A stretch of DNA of 64,000 nucleotides from Phoronis australis (lineage: Eukaryota; Animalia; Phoronida). The notes beneath the pieces were generated by a model. The model ran no database searches and was not told where the DNA came from. It was given only the letters and a program-made list of their open reading frames with translations. The stretch lies in assembly GCA_002633005.1 (NCBI GenBank), contig NMRA01000038.1:145154-209153 (forward strand), written 5' to 3'. Shown one piece after another: positions 46,691-59,200 of the stretch. Position numbers and translations under genes: made by a program. Position 1 is the first letter of the stretch. Every line of letters begins with the position of its first letter.

Positions 46691-48307
46691 TTATTACATG
46701 GCGAAGTCGTTATCCCCCGTATTCTAGAGCCCGAGTGGATTTTGGAGAATTATTTGAGATTTCTCCAAACCCCACGAAGGCTCTAGATAAGGGGGATAAC
46801 GACTGAGAACATGTAATAATCTATTTATACCACATACTGAGTGAGAAACATTACAATGAATCGATCTACCTTTCTCGACTCGCCTCGGCTTTGTAACTAC
46901 TTTCTATGTCAGAGGCCCGGGGTCGGAGGTCGTGACCTTTAAGAAAAGCCGAGTTTTTCTTGTTAAAATGTTTTTATTTAAAACCAAGTAAAAATTGAAA
47001 CAAAATAAAACTAAAGTGAATCTGTAAAATAAATTTTATTTTAAGAACCTACTCTAGCTTGCTACAAATCTTATCATGCTAAGCTTCGACCGTGAAAATA
47101 TCGTCTGCTAAAGTAGGTTTACCACTGGTTACTGAGTTTAATGTCCAAGTCAAAGCATCCCGACCACATGTTACTCGCATTCAAACTGGGGATCGATGAT
47201 TTACAAGTGAGAGAAAATGAGAGATTGACTGAATTAAAGATGTCGTTTTTATTGAAATTTTGCGTCTTATTTTTCATAACGTATAAATGTCAGTACAATG
47301 CCCTTTGCTGAACTTTTGATTATTGCGCGTGCTCACTTATAAGTATTCTATTTTCACGTTCGATGTCGTCAGCTGCTGAGTGGTGCAGTGGTAAAGTCGA
47401 CGACCCGAAACTCTTGCGAACCGGGTTCGAAACCGGCTTGGGTTATTAAACGGTTGTATTGGCCATTCGAGGCTGATTTTGTATCATTCCTATAGATTAT
47501 TACATGGCGAAGTCGTTATCCCCCATAATCTAGAACCCGACTGGATTTTGGTGATAATTCTACAAAATCCACGAGGGCTCTAGATAAGGGGGATAACGAC
47601 TGAGAACATGTAATAATCTATTTATACCACATACTGAGTGAGAAACATTATAAAGAATCAATCTACCTTTCTCAACTCACCTTGGCTTTGTAGCTACCTT
47701 CTATGTCCGGGGTCAGAGGTTGTGACCTTTTAAGAATAGCCGAGTTATTTTTGTCAAAATAATGTTTTTTCTCAAAATCAATTAAACATTTTAACAAAAT
47801 AGAAATGAAGTGAATCCATAAATTAAGTTTTAGCAACTAGTCTAGCTTACTACACATTTTATCACGCTAAGCTTCGACCGCGAAAATATCGTCTGCTAAA
47901 GCAGCCTGTTACCAATTTGCTTACTGAGTATAATGCCCGAGTCAAAGGATCCCGCCGACACGATACCCGCATTCAAATTGGAGATCGATGTTTTACAAGT
48001 GAGAGAAAATGAGAGAAATTTAACTGAATTAAAATATGGTCTTTATGGAAATTATGCGTTTTACTTTTCATAGCCTATAAATGTCGGTGTAATGCCCTTT
48101 GTGGAACATGCGATTATTGCGCGTGCTCACTCATAAGTATTCTGTTTTCACGTTCGATGACGTCAGCTGTTGAGTGTTGCAGTGGTAAAGTCGACGACTC
48201 GAAACTGTTGTGGAACGGGTTCGAAACCGGCCTCGGTGTTATCTAACGCCGTTTAATAACTAAATGGGTTATTACACGGTTGTATTGGCCATTCGAGGCT
48301 GATATTG
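46691..48307. mobile_element. Head-to-tail dimer of an ~806-bp hairpin-headed element with a tRNA-like cassette
   Basis: Units start TTATTACATGGCGAAGTCGTTATCCCC at 46691 and 47497 and are colinear but diverged. Each has a ~125-nt 5' hairpin and A/B-box motifs (47374-47443, 48165-48237). Confidence 0.8.
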
Positions 48308-51300
48308 TGGTATAAATTCTATTTTCAGGAAGGGAGGGAAGTGACCCGATCTTAGCTACGTTCCGTAATACATGACACGAGACGTTCACGAGAAATCTTC
48401 GTTCGGAACTCAACATTTCAGCCACGTCGACCATTCACTTCGTTTTGCTAGTTTTAAAGGCTTCTGAGGTTTCTAGATTACTCGCTGAATACTTGGTCTT
48501 CCCTGATCTCGCTTATCTTACGAGAAACTTGCTGTGCGGAACTTACCCCCCGACAAGAAAAAGCGTGGTTATGTTGCAGGTCACGCACGGTTAGCGTGCC
48601 TGCGTTTTTTTAGCACTATTACACACAGATCTATTCAATTGGCTGGGGACTACATGTCAATATCGCTGGCCTAAATTGACCAGAGCTTTGCTCGCTTGCT
48701 CTTATAAAAACCGTCATGCGATGGACGTTAAAATGGCACATCCATGCTTAAATTTCAAAAAGCGTGTCGTCTAGTTTTGATAAAACGTGACAGCAAATCG
48801 AATGACTATTATCTATTGCTTCCTCAACTTATGATCAAACACAAAGTGGATGGCTGTTTGACCGGACTACAAAGAAAATGTTCCTATAGGCCGCCGGAAG
48901 GTGGGAGGCGCTAGGAAACCCAGGCCTTCAAGAATTCGCTCACCTTTTTGCGAGAAATTTCCCATTTACAGAAAATCTTTAAGCACCCAAGACAATTCTT
49001 TTTTGGCAAAATGAAGTCTACACATACAGTGTACATGTAAGTTATTAAAACTAGTCCAAAAAAGTTTCAGTCGGCGACCATCCTACATATAACAACTTAG
49101 AACGACTCCTTTTGGATTGCCAACTAAATTTATGCACGAACGGGCTTTCATATTGAGTTTTGGTCAAAGCTACTAACTATAAAAAGTTTATCCTACATTT
49201 ATCTAAAATGTCCATCAAAATGTGTTTTCCAGCCTTAAAACTGACTTTGTCCTTTCAACTGGTGTTTTGTAGTATGGGTATGCGATAAGTTCGTGTGAAT
49301 GTCCAATACAATCTACATGTATACGTTCCCTTAACCCGTGTCACCTTAGCTCGCATCAACTCTTCGCGTTGTGACGCGTTAAGTGTTCCCACCCCCTCAA
49401 TGTTTGGCCAAGGAGAGGCTCTGGTTTGGTCACTTGGCAATGACCAGACTATAACACAACATGTAGACTCGCAATTGAGTAACCAAAAAAGTCACGTTCC
49501 CGCCCACTCAGCATTGACCAATGAGCGACACGTTTACACTTGCACTGATTTGAAATGCTGATTTCCGATCCATAATACGGACGGAAGTTTTAATCGAGCT
49601 AAATTGACGTGTCCAGAAAAAATTCAAGATATTTATATGGAAATTTCCGGATTTTCTTGCTCCATCTAGATCCAAGTCCGTACCAGTATGGATTTGATAT
49701 GTTTTTACAATATTCTATTGAAAATCTCATGTGGACATGTTTATTTTCATGGAACATGTTTTTTTTTTTAAATCAAGGGGCAGCCAGGCGCATTTTTGTC
49801 ACCTCAACAATCTGGAGTTCTCCTAAACGCCAAGCGTTTCACCTGCCAGTGTAAATTGTGTTCCATTCCACTTTTAGTAAACACCTCAAGCATTTAGTTA
49901 GTGTTACACTTGTCGTGGTGGAGCAGCTCTGTATTGTTATCTTGTGCGCTGCTGTTTTAGGCCTCTAATCCACGTGCATTTCCTTGTCTAGTCAGTCTAG
50001 CTGTGAATAAAACGTCTCCACAATTCCTCTCACATTATACTATGTACAGCGAGTGCATGGTAAGACTTCTTCGGACGCTTAGCGACTTCAACGAGATGAA
50101 ATTCCTGTTGGTGTGTCGACTTTACACATTCCTGTTATTTGGCACCTGCTTTGTTAATATATGTCGCGCGGTGTGTTCAGAAATCCATTCACTTCCAAAC
50201 GAAGAGGGGATTGACAATCTAAAATTGTTGGTTTGTTCAAATTCTTTTTGTAACCTCCTTGCCCATTGGTCCATCTACAACTATCTCCAGGTGGCGACCA
50301 CTTGACGCGCACTAAGATAAGACAAACGGCGTTCCATAGAAAACGGCATGCTGATCATCGTGGCCATAGCAACTAGGACCCCCAGGAAATCTTGCTGTAC
50401 ATTTATTGTTATCTTCTTTGGCCTATTTCGGTCGGTTCCTCATTCCAGTTTCTGTTTAATAAATTTTGTGGGGCAATTTTATGTCACACAACTGTGTTAA
50501 CTTAGCGTTTTCTCCTCAACGCAGTGTATGTATGTATGTTTGTATCTAGACGTCGAATATCAATATCTGGGGCAGGCAATCAAAATTATTGAATTCTATA
50601 ACGTGTTCTCGATAACGTACTTTATCAATCTGCAATGCATCTTTGCCGGGGTCAACAGAGCACAGAGTCATTTTTGGAAAATAACTCACAGTTCCCAGGT
50701 GGAAAGATATTCCAGCTGCTCTCATTATCTGTGTTATGTACTGTGCGTTATTTACTTTAAACAGTGTCTGAATGGTAGCTGATTGCTCTGTTTTTGCCTT
50801 TTAATCGCTATTTTTAGAAAAGTGTTGATCGGCATTTTACTCCCGGTTTCCCATAGAGCACGATGTAAAAATCGAATTTTTATATGATGTGGACAGATTA
50901 TGAAATTATACATACCGGTATATAATTCGGAGTCAATAAATCCCTATATTGACTGGTGCTATGGTAACGCCTCGTCATTATCACAATTTTGGGGTCTGAA
51001 AACAAAAATGTCGACCTCCGTGAAAGTAAATAAGTGCTGTTTTTGTTTACTCTACCTAGTTCTTTACCACGATAGTGTACATGCGCTTCGCATGCCCAAT
51101 TAGGAACCGTGGACTCGTGTATTTATACTGGCTCAATATTTAACTCCAAGAGAGCTTTCAAAATAGGGGCCACGAAGTTTCTTTCCAGCAGTTCTGTTGA
51201 CTATGCATTGTTGTCTTTCTTAATCAGTTTATTTGCACGTGCCTTTCATACCACGTGATATTGTGTGCGCATATTGCACCCTAACAAAATGATTGATCCA

Positions 51301-52884
51301 GCGAGTATTTGAGGCTACCTTTCGGAGAGCCTGCTTCTGTTGGCTCTCTGGCGTTCATTAATTTATGGTACCTAATCCACCGAGTGCTCTGAGAAACCCA
51401 TCTCTGATGAACTTTTTGGTAAGTTTAATTAAAACGTTACAAACATCTCTATGATAGCTTTGAAATTTCGAGGCGTGTGTCCAAAGCCTACACGTGTGGG
51501 AATAAAATGACATCTGACCTTTGTTTAAAGCACTTTAGAAAAATTTGAGTTTTTAGAGAATAGAAATATTTCTAATCATTAAGATTTGTCTGCGTAGTTG
51601 CCCGTTTCACTGTCGACAATCCATTAGTTGTACTTTGAAGCAGATGATTTTTGTTTTTTGCCATCTGCAGCTTGAGATCCGGCTCAGATTGACCGGTATA
51701 TTTAAAGCATCACCGCTTTTATTTCATGACTCCACAGTCTCCCTGTTTCCTCGTTGCTAAAGTGCAGTGAATCTTTAACTAGCCCCTGGCTTAAGTCTGT
51801 TATATAGTACATTCACAGACGAAGACATACCTACAAGTATCGGTATCTGTATAACCGTGCGCAAATACGTCTGCGACCTGCCAACTCTTTGATTACATTA
51901 GCATAGTGAAAAAGTCCCATATGTGCCAGAATTCGCTTAACACGATTTCGTCTAATAGACCACAGGCGATTTGATATGGAATCGAAATCCAATGAACATA
52001 CATACAAATGAATAGACCAGTCTTCGGGGATTGTTTCACGAAAAGTGGGTTAAGATTCAAGTCAGAAAATTTCGTCTTACACTACACACAATTCTACCTC
52101 AGCAAAAGTGCAACGTCTATAAAAATATACCCAGGGTTGCTAATTGCTCAGACAATTTAGATTGTTTCTAAACTGTATTGTGCTAAAAAGAAATGACAAA
52201 GACTTTTTCAGTAACTGTAAGTCAAAATTTTTGACTCGAACCTTAAGTCATTTTGGGGGACTTTTACAGTTATGTCATACAAGTTGAGAAAAACAGTTGT
52301 ATCCCCATACACTGTGCACTGTTCATTTAGGCCTATGTCTATTCGAAGTATTGCATTTTTAGAAATATTTCTTCTCAGGACTTGGTCATAGATGGACATG
52401 AGTAAACACAAGCTGCATTTTGAGGATGCATAAAATTATTTTTTTACACATCTACTTTGATTTCTTCGCAAAATATATCCTCCCGCCTAATACCTAATTG
52501 CTAAATTGGCCAGGGAGCCAATATAAAACGTTTCACCCACAAAACACTTTACCATCCGTTTTTCATTTCGCAAACAACATCAATTTGACTTCACCCGGCC
52601 TAGCCACGAGTGCTAACAAAGATACAGAAACAATTCGCCAGAAGCGATGCTGAAGTCGCGTGCCACCCTGTATTATTGGTAGACTGGATTTTTTCAAAGC
52701 AGTAAAATTGTTAAAGCAGAAAATGGTGAGAAAACTGCTTCTTATTCTCTGTAACCACGTGTGTTGTCCAAACGTAGTGTAGCGTACTCTGTATACTATT
52801 TTTACGAGAATATTTCTTTTGTTTTTCGTACCGAAAAATCTTCGTTAAAGACACGACTAGACTTTTTGTTACCGAGCTTGGTAC

Positions 52885-53222
52885 TGGTACGTTCGTAATT
52901 TCGGAACAGTCTCCTTTCTTCAGGTGTGCAGGTATGAAATAAAACACCGAGAGACATAACAAACAAACAAATTAAAACACTAGCTATATTTCGTGAGTGC
53001 ACGTCACATCATCAGGCAATAAGTGGAATGAACATATGCATAACGAAATAAACAGTGGAATACACGTGACAGTGGGAAGAGGGACATACAGGCAGAGAGT
53101 GTGAATGCAACACACGGTAGGAAGCCCGCAACCGTATCGAAACAGAGCCAGCGTGCGATACACACCCGTGAGCTGCTCATTCAACACAGGTTTTTCATGA
53201 CTGATCAATAGCGATTCCAAAA
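52885..53222 (-). mobile_element. Second Penelope-like 3' end: GIY-YIG C-terminal stub plus two degenerate hammerhead-like motifs
   Basis: LESLLISHEKPVLNEQLTGVYRTLALF is followed by CTGATGA-T-GTGA-(7)-TCAC-GAAA (53015-52989) and CTGAAGA-AA-GGAG-(4)-TTCC-GAAA (52923-52899). Confidence 0.7.
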
Positions 53223-56200
53223 TTGTTTATGTACCGTGGTTTTGAACGAGTCGGTGAAACCCTGACAGTGTTTGCATAATTACAATTTGCCAAATACTAT
53301 TTTAAATTTTTTTAATGCGTGGTCATGATTTGAGCACCTAGAAACACGACGAATCTGTGAAATTCACTGGTGAAATTTCTTTTGTCCTGGAGGCTGAAAA
53401 ATGTGTTGTTACATTGACCTTGTTTCACTGAGGAAAGTCGGGCTGGTTATAGTGTCGTAAAATATTGCATCCATGGATACTCGTTTATTCAGTTTTCTGC
53501 CGTGGTAGTTACAGCCTATAGAACAGGGGCAACTGATTTAAGTTTCTTTTTTACTTAAGTTTAAGATTTTTCTTACCTTCCAAACCTTGAAACTTCCACA
53601 TTCAGTAAGTTAGTCAAAATTAAAACAAAACTTCTATCAAACACTTAAATCAAACTTAAGATCTCTTTCTTGAATTGCTTTTGAGACAAATTTAACTTTT
53701 ATTTCAAAATTTACTGAAATTTAAGATTTGTCTTAGCTAAGTCAGTTTTGTAGGAACGGGCCCGAACAGTAGAACTTCGCGCCCATTGGAAGGTTGGCTA
53801 CAGTTAATGAAGTCGTGAATTAGTTGAAAAAAGCAAGGCTCTAACAAAGAACAAGCGACACTCCAATGGCGCAAAACTCGTGAAGCTAGAGAAGTGTTTG
53901 GGGGATGCTCCAGCATTGTGGGTAAGTACCGCGAGATTCAAGTGTCACCGTGTGGCGAAGGACCGTCCCATTGAATTCAATTTGCAATCCACGCATGTCT
54001 TCAGACCAATTGAACCCACATGTTTTGGTGTGTACAGGATATAGCAATGTCGTGTGGCTACAAACATTGTCAAATAAGCGCCGGGTCTTCAATTAGCACC
54101 GACGACGTTACTTCAACATTAATTGAACTAACAACTCTGACTGCAATTCACTGATTGACTGGATGATTTTCAAACAACATTTGATACCATTTTAAAAATT
54201 GGAAATGGCAAGTTTTCGGAAGTCACGGGATGTGTCGAGAACTTTCTGTACCCGAACAAATGTTTAAAGAACTCGATGTGAGCATAGACATACATGTAGC
54301 TGGTATATTATTTTTAATGAACGACATTCCATGACGCGCTCCTCATTCACTGCATTCTTTGGGTGTTTTTAGATCCCACTGACACGTGGTTGTGTACTCA
54401 AGTTGTGTTCGTCCGCCAGGTTACACAACACAGGTTGAACCATATCAACAAAGGAGCAGCAATTGCAAAACACGTTATTTCCCTTTTCTTCCGTTGCAGT
54501 TAAACAATTTTTTGACATTCAAACAATAAAAACGTTCAATTTTCAATGACGATTTAAGGTTTAATAATCTTCAGGGCATATTGTAATCACATTTGGTAAG
54601 AAGCATCCATATTTGCGGGTTGGGAAATGCGATGTAGCGCGTAGTGCGCCTTCTATTGGTCCATCACAAGTTTTGTTCATGCAGTAGGTGTCGCTTAAAT
54701 TTAGGTTACGTTTTGTCTCAAAATCTCATGGCTGTTCCCGCATAAATATGAAACATGTTCTGATATTCTTGTCAGTACTTCCGTCAAACAAGTGAATTCG
54801 CACCATTTGCGTGGTATGTATGTACATGTATTTGCAAGAATGACAGGTAGGACTCTGAGGATCGATTCGACAGATACATGTACAGGTCCACATTCTCGCA
54901 CTATAAATGTGTTCCACAGTGACGGAGGAATGGCATATTCGTGACTAAATGTGAAGTATTCCATTCATATTATATATCAGACTCATTTGCAATGGTTTGG
55001 TGAAGTGGAAGGCACTTCATAGCCGTTACCTAGAGCTCGCATTTTTTTTACAACGACTTGGGTTTAAATTGAATGGATCAATGTCATAATTAATGTCTGG
55101 ATTTAAGCACTTTCATCAAAAAAATTCTGAACTTACTCTCTGAAGATCCCACGCCATTTGATGATTGTCTCGTTAAGTCACCAGGTTCTGCATGAATCTC
55201 ACCATAAAGACAGTTCTATGAAGTTTGCGGCTGGGTCCTAGAGAGGTACGTTGCCTACGTGTACGTGTCAGATGCTGGGTGTGCTGGTCAGATGCATGGG
55301 TCATCAGTTTCAGATAGATTCACGGATTCATTTTATGGGCAAACGACTCTATAAGCGGGTATATTATTGCTGCAGAACTATACAGAATGAGAAACTTGCG
55401 TTTCATTTACATGTAGGTCTATTTGGTTAAAAAGACTACAGCGCAAAACGGGTTACGACTCTTGCAGAGATGGGTTATCGGAGTACGGATAGTACGGATG
55501 CACTTCATGAGAGTCATCGCGTTTTCACACAAACTCCCTTGATGTGGGTTTATTTTAATCATGTTAGGTATTTATCGCGCTGGCTCACTTCAGGTTGGTG
55601 TGGTCATTGAATTGAACACCCCGCCAAATTAGCAGGGTGTTCTTCGGGAATTGGATGAGGTCACGTGTGCAAAGTAGATGGATATCTAGCACGCTCTTCA
55701 GGATATATTCAAACCTTCATTAGATTGGAAACAGGCCAGGGAACTGGTGCATGTGATGAAACAGGATAGAAAACTTGTAAAATGTCCTGTGGCTTGTGGG
55801 AAGTCGCTTGTTTCCAATATATTCGATGAAATCCCCTTTGTCTCTTCCAATGCACGACACACTTTCGTGAATTAAAACATGATGCAGGATGTTGACGGCT
55901 GAATGTTTATTAAACAAAGTCAGCAATTTTATTGCACCTCAAGGCTGCACAATTACTAATGAATTGTAACTGGGCTTAACGTTTGCCATGAACCGTAACA
56001 CGTGTGAATTTGGTTGCTGCTATATGTTTTAAAAGTCACCCTGAGCACGCCAATGCCATAAATTGTCAAATGCTATGAACAGTTAGCTTCACTGACATTT
56101 TACATTCGTCCTCGTCATCGCAAGACTGCTTATATGGTCTATTCAGAGCCCTACTTTATAGAACTTTCGGCCTTGCGTTCGTTGTTCTGTGTTCTCGCGG

Positions 56201-59200
56201 TGACGCAATATGGCGCGAAAACGCTAATTCACATACTATTTTCCGGGACGAACCGTTGTTGCTAAAATTAAGGGAATATTCTTGGCGGGAAAAGTAGCAA
56301 TGAGGCGGAATCGAAACTATTAGCTCCGCAACAGCCGCCAAACTCTGCCGCGGAGTTGAATTCAACGAGTAACAGTAGTCTCTGGAAAATTAACGCCGCC
56401 CTTCAAGTTGGTTTCGGTAGGTGTCTGGCAGAAAACTGCGAGAAATGGCGATTTGCATTAGCCATTTCAACAAGACCAAGAATTTGGCAAATCCCAGAGG
56501 GAATTACATCATTTTTTTTAGTTTCTGCGAAGCTTTTCTAAAAGTTTGTTTAATAAAAATTAGACAAACAACTACTTGGACTGTACAAAGTCTTGCAACA
56601 CATGGAACGCAAGTCAAATACATTACGAAACTTTCGTGCAGAATGATATTGTAAATGTACCCTTTTGTAGAGTTTAATTGAACTCTTAATTTCGTAAGGA
56701 ATACATCAGAAAGGTTCCTTTTGGTATAGAATTTGGCTGCAAAATACCCAACCACTCCGTCTGGTAATAAATTAGAATAAAAAAGTCTTTCTAGATATGT
56801 TAGTGCTTTTTCTTCATCGCCTTAGCGTGAAACCGGGATCACAATTTAGACAGCACGCTTTTAAGTTCACTTGGCCACAGACCGACACCGGTCTTGTTGG
56901 CCGATGAACAAGTATAGCGAGAGTTGACACGAATCACGCGAAACGACACTTGCAAAAATGGCTTTAAATTTCAATTATTAGACAAAACGTGTTGACGTGA
57001 AACAGTGTACAAGCAATATTCAGAGTTGTATACACTGTAAACCCGCGATTAGTCGTACGAAAACGCAACTGGACAAAAGGTGGCGCTTAGCAGGGAGAAG
57101 TGTTAGTAGTAAACCGTAGTTCATTAGCTGAATGCCTGCGATGGGGAACTATTCTGGAGTAGTTAGGAGCTTGGCGTAATAATTTTCTTATTTCTTTTTG
57201 CCATGAATTTCAACTATTCAAGATCTGTGGCAACTAAATGCTCAACTCGGCAGAGCTGTGTTCTCCGTCGTGGTTCCAATGGTAGCTAGCCTGTACTGAC
57301 ACATCTAACGTAATCAAAATTCTGCCTTATTCTATTTAAAATCTCGTTAGCATTTTAACCATACTATATGCACACATATATAGACTATTCTGTCTGAAGT
57401 TATTTTGCCAGCAGTTGTCTGTGAACTGGGTCGTTGCTCACTGTTCATTAGCTAAGTCGGCAAAAGTCGGCGGAGATTTCGGTGAACAATTGGAAATCTA
57501 TTTATTAAATTTCAATTGTTTGCTGATTTCAGGATTTAATTTTCTATTTGATAAAAGTTTGCTTGTCACTCCCACCGTCAACAATGGATGAATTTATCCT
57601 ACTTAAACAGCCGTCGGTCTTCACCCAGAATCTTCGCCTTCGCCCCTGACTTCACTAAATAAAGGCGTCTCGGTTTTCCCAGTCGAAACGTTTATTTTCA
57701 GTAGTTTCTCCAATAGTCTGAAAAACCTTAAGGTTTACCAATTTTACCTAATTATTCAAGATAACGTGTTTGTTGTTTCATATGCATGTATGTTTACCCA
57801 ACCTTTAGTCCCTGTCAAGCACACTTAGCACAGTCGAAGAGTCGCCCTCATTATTCAAGCGTTTCTGAATGAATCTCGCTTCCGACTTCGCAGTAAATCT
57901 AACACGTAAGCCAGATCGTGCAGGATTTTTGAATGGATTTTTTGCGTACGGAGTTCGTCAGGATATCCCTGTACGTACAGCACACATCACAATTTTTTGT
58001 AGTTATGGCTTGTTTGTAACATGTTGTAACTCCATAATAACTGTTGAAGTCACGTGGAACTATGTCTTTTAAGAGGGTTCTAGTAGACACAGTTTTAATT
58101 TACAACTGAATGTTTCTTTAATGTTCGTATTTTGCGTTTTCAACTTTGCCCTACTACAAATTTGCAAAAGGGTGGCTACCTCTTGATTAAAGTTTCCGTT
58201 ACAACCGCCTCAGCAGAGTTTCCTCTGGAAAAAATGTGAAATTTATATGGTTCACTGAAAATCGACATCTACATGTAATTGACATTCTTGTAAAAATAGT
58301 TGTACGATGTCAGTGTTAAGTTTTAACGTCTTTATTTTTTTTTCCCTGTTTACTAAATAAATTTTCTTACGACAGCGGAAATAAACGCATTTGTCTGGAT
58401 TTTGAATACTTCAAATTGAAGTGTTTTCATGGCTTCCAAGCAAAAAGTTACACCGTTTTTATGTTTTATTTTGATACCCATCGTGTTTTCTACGTAATAA
58501 GAAAAAACGAGTCACCTACTTCGTTGCGCTGGTTGACCTTCTCAAAGCCATTCCCAAGCTTGCGATTTCACTATATGACAATTATGTTATGTCGTGGGCA
58601 TTGCGAAATAATTTTTAGTTGATGGAAACAATGACATGGAGTTTCTTCTTTAATAAATTCAAAATTGCCGTTTGATTTAAGTCTCACCTCTCACCTAATG
58701 TTTACATTTGGGTTTACCAGTTGTTTTAATGTGGAGTCCTCGATTAAGAAATTTGAGGTAGACTACTTCAAATTTTACAATCGGACGCCGTATTAAAGCA
58801 ACAAGTTAGCCAAAGTGCGCAAAATGTGAGAAATTAATCATTGGTCGGTCTACCAAGGGTAAATAACCAAGGCCAAGTATCATTTTCTCACGGATGAGCA
58901 GCAGATACATTTTAGTGGTGATGTCGAAAAGGAACGATTAGAGGAATTTGGTTCCAAGTTTGCCAGATGTAAACATAAATAATTGACCTGGCTAGAGTCT
59001 TGTGAAGGAAGCCGAAATGACAAAAAGTTAATGCAAATTACCATTTTTAGATTAAATAAAGTGTCATTTGAAATAAAAATCAAAATACACACCGTTGTAC
59101 AATGCAAAGGCAAGAACAAACTTGCGCAAGTGCTGGGCATTTATTAAAAACTTAACACCAGCGCAGTGCACGCGGAATTTAACTAAACCATAGAGTTCTA

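Noticed and set aside
47374-47443. tRNA gene (also 48165-48237)
   Set aside because: Only A/B boxes and the T-arm are present. Acceptor and anticodon stems do not pair and the two copies differ, so it is treated as part of a repeat.
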